A stretch of DNA of 63,325 nt, the filler included, from Actinomycetota bacterium (lineage in GTDB: Bacteria; Actinomycetota; CADDZG01; JAHWKV01; JAOPZY01): NCBI GenBank assembly GCA_025963875.1. It is 6 parts of 6 records of this genome, joined end to end, with 100 filler letters (N's around TTAATTAATTAA, not from the genome) between each part and the next. Parts side by side here need not be neighbours in the genome. Positions count along the whole stretch, not along the records: positions 20,383 to 29,925 come from JAOPZY010000193.1; positions 30,026 to 44,397 come from JAOPZY010000180.1; 4 more parts are not named here. One strand, given 5' to 3'. The notes under the pieces were generated by a model. It saw only the letters and a list, made by a program, of their open reading frames with translations. It searched no databases and was not told the DNA's origin. The translations under genes were made by a program, and so were the position numbers. This document shows, one piece after another, positions 28,451-37,814 of this stretch (its first letter is position 1; the number at the start of each line of letters is the position of its first letter).

Positions 28451-29760
28451 CTGCGGCGTCGCTTCTTCGCGCTGGTATTCCGGGGTCTGGCCGAGGAGCC
28501 GGCACCGACAGGCTTCCCTCCGCCCGCAGACGGGGTCTTGCCGTTGGTCTTTGCGGGAGTGGCGGGAGTGGTCGTCTCCTTGGGCGTGCCGTTGCCTTGA
28601 GCCGCCGTACCGTCCGCCTTCCCGTCGGCAGTGGCCTTGACCTCGTCCTCGTCCGCGGCTGGCTTCGGGGCCCGTGCCGGGGCCTTGGGCCGGTTGGCCG
28701 GGGGCTTGGACCCCGCCGCCGGAGGCTTCGGCTTCGCCGCGGGCTTGTTCCCCGCAGGTTTGGCCGCGGACTTGTTCGCCGTGGGTTTGGCTCTTGCCAC
28801 CGGCTTGTCCGCTACCGGCTTGTCCTTGGTTGCGGCAGCCGCGGCGTCTGCCTTCTGCTGGCGCAGCAGGGCCATGAGTCCGCCGCTCTTGGCCGGCGCA
28901 TCCGAGCCCTTGGCCGGCCTGGCCGGCCTGGTGCCGGCGTCGCTTGCCGCGGCAGGTCCGGCCCCGCCCGCCGGGCTCGTCGCCATGGCCGTCTTGCCCA
29001 GGATGAAGCGCTGCTGGGCGATCGTCCAGATGTTGCTCGCCACCCAGTAGATCGACACCCCGGCCGGGAGGTTCAACGAGAAGACTCCCAGCAGCAACGG
29101 CATGATCTTGCCCATCATCTGCATCTGCTGGGCCTGCTGGCCCGTCGACACCGCCTGGATCTGCTTCTGCTGATACCAGGTGGTGAACACCATCAGCAGG
29201 ATGAGCAGGAAGTACGGCAGCACGTGGACGATGCTCCCCGGGAAGGAGCCCGCCGCCCTCAGGGCCGCCATCGGTGCCAGCCCCAGGTTCATGCCGAGGA
29301 AGCCGGCCTTTCCAGCGTTGATCGCTTTGGTCAGGGCGCTGCCGCCCGGAAGATACTTCGTCCCCACCATGGCGGTTGGGCACGCCTTCCCCTTGGGCAA
29401 CAGGTGGGCCCCGCACCCCGCGAACACCCGGTAGAGGGCCAGGAAGATCGGCAACTGCAACAAGAGGGGCAGGCACCCGCCCAGCGGATTGACCTTGTGC
29501 TCCTTGTACAGCTTCATCATCTCTTCGTTCATCTTTTGGCGGTCGCCGCCCTTGTACTTCGCCTGCAGGCGTTTGACCTCCGGCTGCAGCTTCTGCATCT
29601 CCTGCATGGAGCGCGTCTGCTTGATCGTCAGCGGCAGCATCACGAGGCGCACCGCCACCGTGAGCAGGATGATCGCCAGGCCATAGCTGGGGATCAGGTC
29701 GTAGAAGAACGAGAGGCCCTTGCCCATGAGGTCGAGCAGGTCGTGGAAAAGGGTGAACAT
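28447..29760 (-). CDS. yidC: Membrane protein insertase YidC with a long Lys/Pro/Ala-rich tail
   Basis: YGLAIILLTVAVR, MQKLQPE, NPLGGCLPLLLQLPIF, PAGVSIYW. Confidence 0.96.
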   Translation of the reverse strand: MFTLFHDLLDLMGKGLSFFYDLIPSYGLAIILLTVAVRLVMLPLTIKQTRSMQEMQKLQPEVKRLQAKYKGGDRQKMNEEMMKLYKEHKVNPLGGCLPLLLQLPIFLALYRVFAGCGAHLLPKGKACPTAMVGTKYLPGGSALTKAINAGKAGFLGMNLGLAPMAALRAAGSFPGSIVHVLPYFLLILLMVFTTWYQQKQIQAVSTGQQAQQMQMMGKIMPLLLGVFSLNLPAGVSIYWVASNIWTIAQQRFILGKTAMATSPAGGAGPAAASDAGTRPARPAKGSDAPAKSGGLMALLRQQKADAAAAATKDKPVADKPVARAKPTANKSAAKPAGNKPAAKPKPPAAGSKPPANRPKAPARAPKPAADEDEVKATADGKADGTAAQGNGTPKETTTPATPAKTNGKTPSAGGGKPVGAGSSARPRNTSAKKRRRR

Positions 29761-29925
29761 TAGGACTGCACCGCTCTGTGAGAAATGGTTCCGTCAGAAG
29801 TGGCTGTCAGCGAAGTGGCTGTCAGCGAAGTGGCGGATGGGACGTGGTCGATGCCCCCAGGGTGCCACGGATGGCACCGCCCGATCCGCCGGATCGCCAG
29901 CCAGCCCCCGCGCGCCAGCCCATGG
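29760..29925 (-). CDS. yidD: Membrane protein insertion efficiency factor YidD, 5'-partial
   Basis: My translation [34 protein letters not shown] overlap with yidC; tail contains a 15-bp tandem repeat (ATSLT). Confidence 0.9.
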
Positions 29926-30025
29926 NNNNNNNNNNNNNNNNNNNNNNNNNNNNNNNNNNNNNNNNNNNNTTAATTAATTAANNNNNNNNNNNNNNNNNNN
30001 NNNNNNNNNNNNNNNNNNNNNNNNN
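29926..30025. other. Artificial contig linker
   Basis: N run + TTAATTAATTAA + N run. Confidence 0.99.
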
Positions 30026-30335
30026 CCCTGGACGGCTACAAGGCCGGGCTCCTTCCCGAGCCGTTCTTCGAGTACCCGGTCCAGCTGGCCAACGGGCGGT
30101 GGCGGTACCCGGATGTCGCCTACCCGCCTCCCGTGTCGGTCGGCTTCGAGGCGCACAGCTACCGGCACCACTCCAGCCTGGAGGCATTCGCCGCCGACGT
30201 GGAACGCAACCTCGAGCTGTTCGGGGAGGGCTGGACGATCGTCCCGATCACGGGGGTACAGCTCAGGGACCCGGAGAGACTGCTCGGGCTCATGGCCGCA
30301 TCATCGAGGCGGCGCAGGCCCGCCGAGGCTACTAG
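30026..30335 (+). CDS. C-terminus of a DUF559/Vsr-like (PD-(D/E)xK) nuclease-fold protein, 5'-partial, probable frameshift near 30297
   Basis: LPEPFFEYPV.....RYPDVAYP....GFEAHSYRHH......D.ERN..L...GWTIVPIT; a natural-looking end RIIEAAQARRGY-stop is in a shifted frame. Confidence 0.6.
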
Positions 30336-30345
30336 GTCGTGGTCC

Positions 30346-31395
30346 CTAGCGGCCCGGGCTCACGGCCACGATCTCGGTCAGGGGCTTGGCGGCGATCCCC
30401 CCGGCGAGGTAGCACGTGCTCCCGACGGTGGCAGCCGCGGCGTCGGCCACCGGCCCGGGGAGCGTGCCGGCCGGGTTCAGCACGCCGCTGCGGGGGTCGA
30501 AGCGCTGGATGGCGGCGCTCGGCCCGTTCGGGGTGGAACCGCCCATGACGTAGACCTGGTCGCCGAGCGCGAAGGCTTTCGCGTGGGCCAGCGGGGCCGG
30601 AAGCGTGCCGACCGTCTTCGACAGCCCGGTGGAGATGTTGTAGCTCTGGACGGCGGGGCTGAAGGTGCCGGTGTAGTCGGGGCCGGACACGACGCCGCCG
30701 AAAATGTAGACCGTCGTTCCCACCGAGGCCACCGCGGGGGCCCGGACCGGCGTGACGAGCCTGCCGACCACGTGGAACGAGGAGCCGTCCGCGGTGGCGA
30801 GGATCTCCGGCACGGCCGCCGTGGCGTCGAAGCCGCCGAGGACGATAATCTCGTTGCCGACCTGCGTGGCGGTGGCCTCGGTGCGTGGGTGGGGCATCGC
30901 CCCCGCCTTTGCCGCCGTCCCGGTGGCAGGGTCGAAAAGCTGGACGAGGTTCAGGGGTGCGCCGCCCCCTCCCCCGAACACGAGAATCCTGGCGCCGGAG
31001 GCCACGGCGGCTCCGCCCGCAGTCGGGGTCGCCAGGTGGCCTGCAAGGCTCACCTTGGAGGCGGACGGCTGGACCCGCTCCACGTCGTCGGTGGGCGCTC
31101 CGGCGGCGTCGAGCCCGCCCAGGACGTAGAGATCGCTGCCGATGGCCGCGCCCGTCGTGCGGTACCGGGCGGCGGGCAGGGACAGCGAAGCGCTCCGGGC
31201 CTGGAGCGAGGCGACGGCGGTGGGGGAGGCCGAACCGGCTGGGGTGGCGGTCGCGGTCGGCGTACCGGTGGTGCCGGCCGTCGGGGTCGGGGAGGTGGCG
31301 GCGTGCTGCGACTTCCCCGGACACGCTGCCAGGCCGATGGTGAGGAGGACGGCAACCGCGGCGAGGCGTCGGGGAGCGGGATGGGAGGCAGGCAT
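30346..31395 (-). CDS. Kelch-repeat lipoprotein
   Basis: Lipobox LAAC, Thr/Pro linker, repeated (L/V)Y(V/I)(L/F/M)GG and FDP motifs. Confidence 0.88.
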   Translation of the reverse strand: MPASHPAPRRLAAVAVLLTIGLAACPGKSQHAATSPTPTAGTTGTPTATATPAGSASPTAVASLQARSASLSLPAARYRTTGAAIGSDLYVLGGLDAAGAPTDDVERVQPSASKVSLAGHLATPTAGGAAVASGARILVFGGGGGAPLNLVQLFDPATGTAAKAGAMPHPRTEATATQVGNEIIVLGGFDATAAVPEILATADGSSFHVVGRLVTPVRAPAVASVGTTVYIFGGVVSGPDYTGTFSPAVQSYNISTGLSKTVGTLPAPLAHAKAFALGDQVYVMGGSTPNGPSAAIQRFDPRSGVLNPAGTLPGPVADAAAATVGSTCYLAGGIAAKPLTEIVAVSPGR

Positions 31396-31478
31396 GGCTA
31401 CCCCGGGAGCCTAAACCTCGCCGGCCGCTGCCCCAAGCCGGCGTGGTCCCGGAGCGTGTATCCACTAGCCTTATCGGG

Positions 31479-32855
31479 ATGATCGGCATCGTCGTCGTCT
31501 CCCACAGCTCCCGCCTCGCCGCCGGGGTCGTCGAGCTTGCCCGGGAGATGGGGGGTGCCGAGGTGGCGATCGAGGCGGCGGGCGGTCTGGAGGGCGGGGA
31601 TGCGCTCGGCACCAGCGCCACCCTCATTGCGGCGGCCATCGAGCGGGCGTGGTCCGGGGACGGGGTGCTGGTGCTGATGGACCTCGGCAGCGCCGTCCTG
31701 TCGGCCGAGGCGGCACTGGAGCTGCTCGGCAACGGCCGCGGGGAGCAGGTCGTGCTGAGCGACGGCCCGCTGGCCGAGGGAGCCGTCATCGCCGCTGTGG
31801 CTGCCGCCGCGGGGAGCGCGCTGGCCGAGGTTGCGGATCAGGCCCGGCGCGCCCTGGAGCCGAAGACCAGGCACTTGGACCGGCGCTCGCCTCAGCCAGG
31901 CAGCTCTGCCGCGGTACCTGAGGCGCCACCCTCCCTTTCCGAGCCCTTCTGCCTCGAAGGGCTGCCGGCGGCCCCCGGCGTCGCCTACGGCGAGGCGCGC
32001 CTCGCCGGCCCCGGCGGCTTCTCCGGGGCCGGGATCCTCATCGTGGCCGACCTCACGCCCGGCGAGGCAGCGCTCCTCGACCCCTCCCAGGTCTTCGGCG
32101 TGGCGTCGGCCGCAGGCGCCCCGACGTCGCGCGGCGCCGTCGTCGCCCGCTCCAAGGGCATCCCGGCTGTCACGGGGCTCGGCCAGGCGGTCCTCGGCGT
32201 GCCGGAAGGGATGGAGCTGTTGATCGACGGGGAGGCGGGCCTGCTCTACGGCGAGGCGTCGCGCGAGATCGGGGCCGCCTACCGCTTCCGGGTCTCCGTG
32301 CTCGAGGCCACCGCGACGCGGGCGCGCACCCGGGCCGGCGAGCCGGCGGTGACGAGGGACGGCGAACGGGTGGAGGTCCTTGCGCTGCCTGCCGACCCCG
32401 CCGATCTCGTCGTCGACGCCGGCGCCCTTGCCCTCGACGTCGCGGGCGTGAGCCCGGAGGGTCATGCCGACTACCTCGAACCCGTAGTGCTGGACGAGCT
32501 GCGGCGGATGGTCGAGGAGGCATCGGGCACCCCCGTCGCTGTCCACGGAGACGCCGGTGGCGACCCTGCAGCCGTGGCGCTGCTCGTGGGCCTCGGTGTC
32601 CGCCAGCTGGCGGTGGCGCCCGACGATGTCGCCAGGGTCAAGGAGTCGATCCGGGGACTGGACACCACCGCGGCCCGCGCGCTGGCCGCCAAAGCGCTCA
32701 CCCTCGACTCGGCGGAGGACGTCCGCAGGCTTGCTGCGGGCTTCCTCGGGGCCGACCCCGGTGCCCGGCGCCCCCAGATGGGGACCCGGCAGATGCCGGA
32801 GACCGATGGTGCCCCGGACGACCGCTCGGACAGTGCGAACGGCACCCACCGTTGA
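31479..32855 (+). CDS. dhaM: DhaM-like EIIA domain fused to a degenerate PTS enzyme-I region
   Basis: MIGIVVVSHS..LA.GV.ELA, LMDLGSAVLSAE, PLAEGA; then DLTP, TSRGAVVARSKGIPAV, DP.....LVGLGV. Confidence 0.8.
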   Translation: MIGIVVVSHSSRLAAGVVELAREMGGAEVAIEAAGGLEGGDALGTSATLIAAAIERAWSGDGVLVLMDLGSAVLSAEAALELLGNGRGEQVVLSDGPLAEGAVIAAVAAAAGSALAEVADQARRALEPKTRHLDRRSPQPGSSAAVPEAPPSLSEPFCLEGLPAAPGVAYGEARLAGPGGFSGAGILIVADLTPGEAALLDPSQVFGVASAAGAPTSRGAVVARSKGIPAVTGLGQAVLGVPEGMELLIDGEAGLLYGEASREIGAAYRFRVSVLEATATRARTRAGEPAVTRDGERVEVLALPADPADLVVDAGALALDVAGVSPEGHADYLEPVVLDELRRMVEEASGTPVAVHGDAGGDPAAVALLVGLGVRQLAVAPDDVARVKESIRGLDTTAARALAAKALTLDSAEDVRRLAAGFLGADPGARRPQMGTRQMPETDGAPDDRSDSANGTHR

Positions 32856-33427
32856 GCCGGGAGCAGATGCGTGGCACGGCACTCCTCACCAACATCACAT
32901 TCCTGCGGATCCTCCTCGTCCCCTTCGTCATGCTCCTCGTCCTGGCGGGGCCCCGGCACCGCTACGCCTACGGGGTGGCTGCGGGCTTCTTCGCCGTCGC
33001 CGCGGCCACCGACTTCGTCGACGGCTACCTGGCACGGCGGTGGCGGCTCACCACGACGATGGGCGCCTTCCTCGACACGACCGCCGACAAGCTCCTCGTG
33101 TCCGGCGTCCTCGTGGCCCTCGTGGCCGTCGGACGGGTCTCGGTGTGGATCACCGCCATCCTCATCGGGCGGGAGTTCCTCATCCTGGGCCTGCGGGGTG
33201 TGGTGGTGGCGGCCGGAACGCCCTTCCCGCCGTCGATCTGGGGCAAGCTCAAGGCCAACGTGCAGTTCGCCGGCATCCTGCTGGCGATCGTTCGCTACCC
33301 GCACCCGGCCGGGCCCCTGTTCGTCGATCAGTGGGTGATGCTCGCCGCCGCCGCCGTCACCGTCGCCTCGGCCGCCGAGTACCTGGTCCGCTTCTGGGGT
33401 GAGCTGACCGGGCGGACCGGCACGTGA
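32852..33427 (+). CDS. CDP-alcohol phosphatidyltransferase (PgsA-like)
   Basis: TDFVDGYLARRW..TTTMGAFLDTTADK signature; start TTG 32852 or ATG 32867. Confidence 0.93.
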   Translation: MSREQMRGTALLTNITFLRILLVPFVMLLVLAGPRHRYAYGVAAGFFAVAAATDFVDGYLARRWRLTTTMGAFLDTTADKLLVSGVLVALVAVGRVSVWITAILIGREFLILGLRGVVVAAGTPFPPSIWGKLKANVQFAGILLAIVRYPHPAGPLFVDQWVMLAAAAVTVASAAEYLVRFWGELTGRTGT

Positions 33428-34437
33428 GCGACGCTGCTGCGCCGAAGGTCTTCCTCACGGGCGGGAGCGGCTTCGTCGGCCGGGGCGTGCTCGGCGCGTT
33501 GGTGGGCCAGGGCCGTGAGGTCGTGGCCCTGGCCCGGTCCCCGGCGGCCGCCGCCGCCCTCGAGGGCCTCGGCGCCACCCCGGTCCCCGGCGACGTACTG
33601 GACGAGGATGCGCTGGCGTCGGGGATGGCCGGCTGCGAGGTCGTCTACCACGCGGCCGGGATGAATGCGTTCTGCCTCGCCGACCCCTCCCCGCTGTTCC
33701 GGGTCAACGTCCAGGGCTCGCTCACCGTGGTGCGGGCGGCGGCCCGGGCGGGGGTGCGCCGGATCGTCTACACGTCGTCGGCGTCGACCCTCGGCGAGGC
33801 CCCCGGCACCGTCGGACGGGAGGACGCCGTCCACCGGGGCGAGTTCCTGTCGGCATACGAGCGCTCCAAGTACCAGGCGGAGCTGGCGGTGCTCGGGGCC
33901 GGGCCGGCGTACGGCGTCGAGGTGGTGTCGGTGAACCCGTCGTCGGTGCAGGGCCCGGGGCGAACGGGGGGCACGGCGCGCCTCCTCATCGACTACCTGA
34001 ACGGCCGGCTCAGGTTCTTCGTCGACACCAGGCTCAGCCTCGTCGACATCGCAGACTGCTCGGCGGGCCACCTCCTTGCGGAGACGCGGGGGCTTGCGGG
34101 CGAGCGCTACGTCCTCAACGGAGCCGCCCTCACGAGCGCCGAGGCGCTGCGGATCCTTTCGGAGGTCGGCGGCATCACCCACCGGGTGCGGACGCTCCCA
34201 CCCGGCGTGGCGTGGGCGGCCGCGGCGGGGGTCGAGATGGTGTCGCGCCTGCTCCACAAGCATCCACCCTTCTGCCGGGAACAGGCCCGGACCATCGCCC
34301 ACGGGCACGAGTACGACGGCTCCAGGGCGACGCGCGAGCTCGGCCTCACCTACACGCCGATCGAGGAGACGTTCCGGCGGACCCTGGCCTGGTACGTCGA
34401 ACACGGCTACGTCCAGGTGCCGCGGCCCCGCGGTTAG
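33424..34437 (+). CDS. NAD-dependent epimerase/dehydratase (dihydroflavonol reductase-like)
   Basis: TGGSGFVG, YTSS, YERSK. Confidence 0.92.
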   Translation: MSDAAAPKVFLTGGSGFVGRGVLGALVGQGREVVALARSPAAAAALEGLGATPVPGDVLDEDALASGMAGCEVVYHAAGMNAFCLADPSPLFRVNVQGSLTVVRAAARAGVRRIVYTSSASTLGEAPGTVGREDAVHRGEFLSAYERSKYQAELAVLGAGPAYGVEVVSVNPSSVQGPGRTGGTARLLIDYLNGRLRFFVDTRLSLVDIADCSAGHLLAETRGLAGERYVLNGAALTSAEALRILSEVGGITHRVRTLPPGVAWAAAAGVEMVSRLLHKHPPFCREQARTIAHGHEYDGSRATRELGLTYTPIEETFRRTLAWYVEHGYVQVPRPRG

Positions 34438-35327
34438 CTCGGCTTGGTCGCCGCCAGGAGGCCGATCAGCCAGAGGTTGCGCTGGTAGGCGGCCCACTGC
34501 AACTTGGCGCTGCGGAGGTTCGCCTGCTCGACATCGGTGCGGAGGTGGAGGGCCTTCAGGATGAGGCCGCCTGGGCCGAGCCACCGGGCGAGGCGGTGGA
34601 GCCGGCGGATGGAGCGGAACGCGAACGGCGTGATGTTGCGGAGGTCGACGTCGGTGAAGCCGGCGTCGCGGCTCCACCCCGTGATCTCGTCGGTGGTCGC
34701 CAGGTCGTCGATGGCCCAGCCCTCGAGCCACTCGTGCATCAGGGTCTCGTTGTCCGAGGTGTAGGGCCGGGCGATGCGGAACCAGTCCTCCATCAGCATC
34801 CTCCCGCCGGGCTTCAGGACGCGGCTGGCCTCCTTCAGGAACAGCTGCTTGGCGGCGGCCGGCACGTGGCAGACACTCTCCTGCGCCCACACGACGTCGA
34901 AGCTGCCCTCGTCGTAGGGCAGGGCGGTGAAGTCGGCGATCTCGAAGCGCACGAGGTGCTCCAGCTTGCGCCGGGCGGCGTATTTCCGTGCCCGTGCGAG
35001 CTGGGCCTCGGAGAGCGTCACGCCGAGGACCTCGACGCCGTAGGTCTCGGCGAGCCAGAGTGCGGGGCCGCCGACGCCGCAGCCGGCGTCGAGGACCCTC
35101 ATGCCCGGCCGCATGGACGCCCGCCCGGCCAGCGCCCGGGTCATGTTGGTGAGCGACTGGGCGTGGGTGCGGGTCTGGTCGTCCCAGTAGCCCCAGTGCA
35201 TGCCCAGGCCGCGCATCCACACCACCCGGTAGTCGAACCACGTGCCGTCGTAGTACTTGACGATCGGTTCGACGTAGGCGGGCTCGCCCGACGCTGCGGG
35301 CACGGTGTCGTTGCCGGGCTCGGCCAT
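34434..35327 (-). CDS. SAM-dependent methyltransferase (tocopherol/sterol methyltransferase-like)
   Basis: MHWGYW, VLDAGCGVGG, FDVVWAQES, VLKPGG. Confidence 0.9.
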   Translation of the reverse strand: MAEPGNDTVPAASGEPAYVEPIVKYYDGTWFDYRVVWMRGLGMHWGYWDDQTRTHAQSLTNMTRALAGRASMRPGMRVLDAGCGVGGPALWLAETYGVEVLGVTLSEAQLARARKYAARRKLEHLVRFEIADFTALPYDEGSFDVVWAQESVCHVPAAAKQLFLKEASRVLKPGGRMLMEDWFRIARPYTSDNETLMHEWLEGWAIDDLATTDEITGWSRDAGFTDVDLRNITPFAFRSIRRLHRLARWLGPGGLILKALHLRTDVEQANLRSAKLQWAAYQRNLWLIGLLAATKPS

Positions 35328-35369
35328 GCCGGGCGGAATCGTAGCAGGAGGGAGAGTTGGTCCCGCCCC

Positions 35370-36785
35370 TCAGGCGTCGTGGCGCGCGGCGGCGGCCAAC
35401 ACGTCGGCGTGGCGCGCGTGGACAAGCACGCGGTCCTCGGCTTCGGGGACCGCCTCGTCGACGGCCCGGACGATCATCTCGGCCTGACGGACGAGCACCG
35501 CCCGTCGGGCGGGGTCCCTGGTGTACTCCATCACCCGGGCCAGCCCGTCGACCTGGCGGATCGCAACCGCCGGCATGCCCCGGCCCGCCTGGCGGATCTT
35601 GTCGAAGGCCCGGTTGACCATCCGGGCATAGCTCGGCCCCGCCTCGATGAGGCGGATCCGTCCGAGGCGGTCACGGTAGACGCCTTCGGAGAGCTTCCGC
35701 CCCGACAGCTTGCAGAGCCCGTCGCAGAGCCAGTCGATGCAGGTGAGGGCGGTGAAGGTGTCGTTGACCGCCGGGGACAGCGCCCGGATGGCGATCTCGA
35801 CCAGCTGGTCGATGGCGAACACCGGGTCCTGGCTGAGGGTCCGGTGGGGGCCGGTCGCATGGGCCTTGCCGAGCGCCGCGGCCACCCTCCCCGCCGCCTG
35901 GCGGGGGTAGACCGTGGCGAACGGCCTGCCGGCGATGACGAAGTGGCCAGGCCGGTGCGCCAGCAGCACGACCGCGTCGGCGCCCTCGGCGATGCCCGCA
36001 AGCTCGGCGTAGCCGACGAACTGCAGGTAGCCGCTCTCGGTCGCCGGCACCGGGACTCCTTCGTCCCGGATGCTGGCGACCAGCTCCTCCAGGGGTGGGC
36101 CGTCCGGGGCCTCGGGCTCGGCACCTCCCCCAGGGTGCTCCGCTTCCGGGAACTCGGCGTCGATGGCGTTGCTCAGGTCGGCGGCGATCCCGGCGATGAC
36201 CTCCGGCAGCTGGATCGACTCTGCGATGTGGTGGATGAAGTAGATCAGCACCCCCATGTCGGCCAGGATGAGCCCCAGGGCGACCGTGATGGAGATGTGG
36301 GGGACGAACTCACCCCGGCGCCCGGTGGTGATGGACCCGAGGGCCATGACGGCGTACACGAACGTGGCGACGAAGGCTCCCAGCGTGAACTGCGTGCCCC
36401 GGTCCCGGATGAAGTTGCGGAGCATCCGCGGGCCGAACTGCTGGGAGGCGAGGGTGAGGGCCAGGATGGTGATGGAGAAGACGACGCCCACCACCGTGAT
36501 GACCGCGGCAGCGATGGCGGTGAGGATCTGCCGCCCGGCATCCGCGCTCCCCGTGCGGATCCACCACGGCAGGGCCATGGTGCCGTTGTAGGCGGCCTGG
36601 TCGAGCGCGTAGGTGAGGAGGAACGCGAGCGCTGCCACCGCGACGAGCACCGCCGGGACGAACCACAGGGTCGTGCGGAGCGATTCCCGCCGCCGGCTCG
36701 GCAGGCGCACATGGTTCCGCCGCCGGGCTCCGTCATCGGGGGCCGGGTACACCTGCTCGTAGGGCTGTCCCACCTGGCCGGTCAC
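35370..36785 (-). CDS. DUF2254-family membrane protein
   Basis: LWFVP, LTLASQQFGPRML, QDP.FAI.QLVEIAIRALSPAVNDTFTA. Confidence 0.88.
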   Translation of the reverse strand: MTGQVGQPYEQVYPAPDDGARRRNHVRLPSRRRESLRTTLWFVPAVLVAVAALAFLLTYALDQAAYNGTMALPWWIRTGSADAGRQILTAIAAAVITVVGVVFSITILALTLASQQFGPRMLRNFIRDRGTQFTLGAFVATFVYAVMALGSITTGRRGEFVPHISITVALGLILADMGVLIYFIHHIAESIQLPEVIAGIAADLSNAIDAEFPEAEHPGGGAEPEAPDGPPLEELVASIRDEGVPVPATESGYLQFVGYAELAGIAEGADAVVLLAHRPGHFVIAGRPFATVYPRQAAGRVAAALGKAHATGPHRTLSQDPVFAIDQLVEIAIRALSPAVNDTFTALTCIDWLCDGLCKLSGRKLSEGVYRDRLGRIRLIEAGPSYARMVNRAFDKIRQAGRGMPAVAIRQVDGLARVMEYTRDPARRAVLVRQAEMIVRAVDEAVPEAEDRVLVHARHADVLAAAARHDA

Positions 36786-36901
36786 CTCCGGTCGCGTTTG
36801 TCCGCTGCCGACCAGGCTTCCCGGCTCCCCTCCGGCAACTGTACCGGACGAGGGCTACGATTCCAGCCGCATCCGGCTTGGGGAGGATTCGGGAGGAAGA
36901 G

Positions 36902-37774
36902 ATGGCGGGTTCAGCGCAACAGATCCGTGACCTGCTGGCGGAAGGGCAGACCATCAACATGCCGGGCGTCTACGACGCCCTGACGGCGCGCCTCGCCACC
37001 GAGGCGGGGTTCGAGGTCATGTTCATCTCGGGCTACTCGGTCTCCGGCTCCCGCCTCGGCCTGCCGGACTTCGGCTACCTCACCCAGACCGAGGTCACCG
37101 ACGCCGCCCGCAGTGTCTGCTCCGCCACCGACCTGCCGGTCATCGTGGACGCCGACACCGGCTACGGCAACCCGCTCAGCGCCATGCGGACCGCCCGGCT
37201 GCTGGCGGGGGCCGGAGGGGCCGGGATCTTCTTGGAGGATCAACAGTGGCCCAAGAAGTGCGGGCACTTCGCCGGCAAGCAGGTTGTCCCCGCCGGGGAA
37301 TGGCTGGCCAAGCTCCGTGCCGTCCTCGACCTGCGGGGCCAGGGGGTCGACCTGTTCCTCGTCGCCCGCACCGACGCCCGGGCCGCCGTCTCGCTCGACG
37401 ACGCCATCGACCGGGCCAAGGCAGCCCGGGACCTCGGCGTGGACGCCGTGTTCGTCGAGGCGCCCGAGGGCATCGGGGAGCTGGAGCGCGTGGCCAAGGA
37501 GGTCGAGGGGGTGGTCCGGGTCGCCAACATGATCGAGGGCGGCAGGACGCCCCTGCTGACGCCGAAGGAGCTGCACGACCTCGGCTACGACCTCATCGTG
37601 ACGCCGTTGTCGGCGATCTTCGCCGCCGCCAAGGCGGTCAGGGAGGCCTTCGCCGTGCTCCGCCGGGAGGGGACGCTGCGCGAGCACCCCGAGCTCCTGC
37701 TCTCCTTCTCGGAGTTCGAGCCGGTCGTCGACCTCGCCGGCCACCGGGCGCTCGAGGAGCGGTACCAGTCTTGA
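36902..37774 (+). CDS. Isocitrate lyase/PEP mutase family enzyme (methylisocitrate lyase-like)
   Basis: DADTGYG, LEDQ..PKKCGH, ARTDA. Confidence 0.92.
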   Translation: MAGSAQQIRDLLAEGQTINMPGVYDALTARLATEAGFEVMFISGYSVSGSRLGLPDFGYLTQTEVTDAARSVCSATDLPVIVDADTGYGNPLSAMRTARLLAGAGGAGIFLEDQQWPKKCGHFAGKQVVPAGEWLAKLRAVLDLRGQGVDLFLVARTDARAAVSLDDAIDRAKAARDLGVDAVFVEAPEGIGELERVAKEVEGVVRVANMIEGGRTPLLTPKELHDLGYDLIVTPLSAIFAAAKAVREAFAVLRREGTLREHPELLLSFSEFEPVVDLAGHRALEERYQS

Positions 37775-37814
37775 TCCGGGGCACATCGACCCCGGACGCG
37801 CGACCATAGAGCCC

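Noticed and set aside
27803..29476. 557-aa Jag ORF
   Set aside because: The 5' part is an alternative frame of yidC; the real start is the ATGA overlap at 28450
33424..35327. Hopanoid or sterol biosynthesis cluster (HpnA-like SDR plus sterol-type methyltransferase)
   Set aside because: The genes are convergent and no squalene synthase or cyclase is present in the window
34212..36983. 923-aa plus-strand ORF and other long antisense ORFs
   Set aside because: Antisense shadows of real genes, expected at this GC content, with no family motifs
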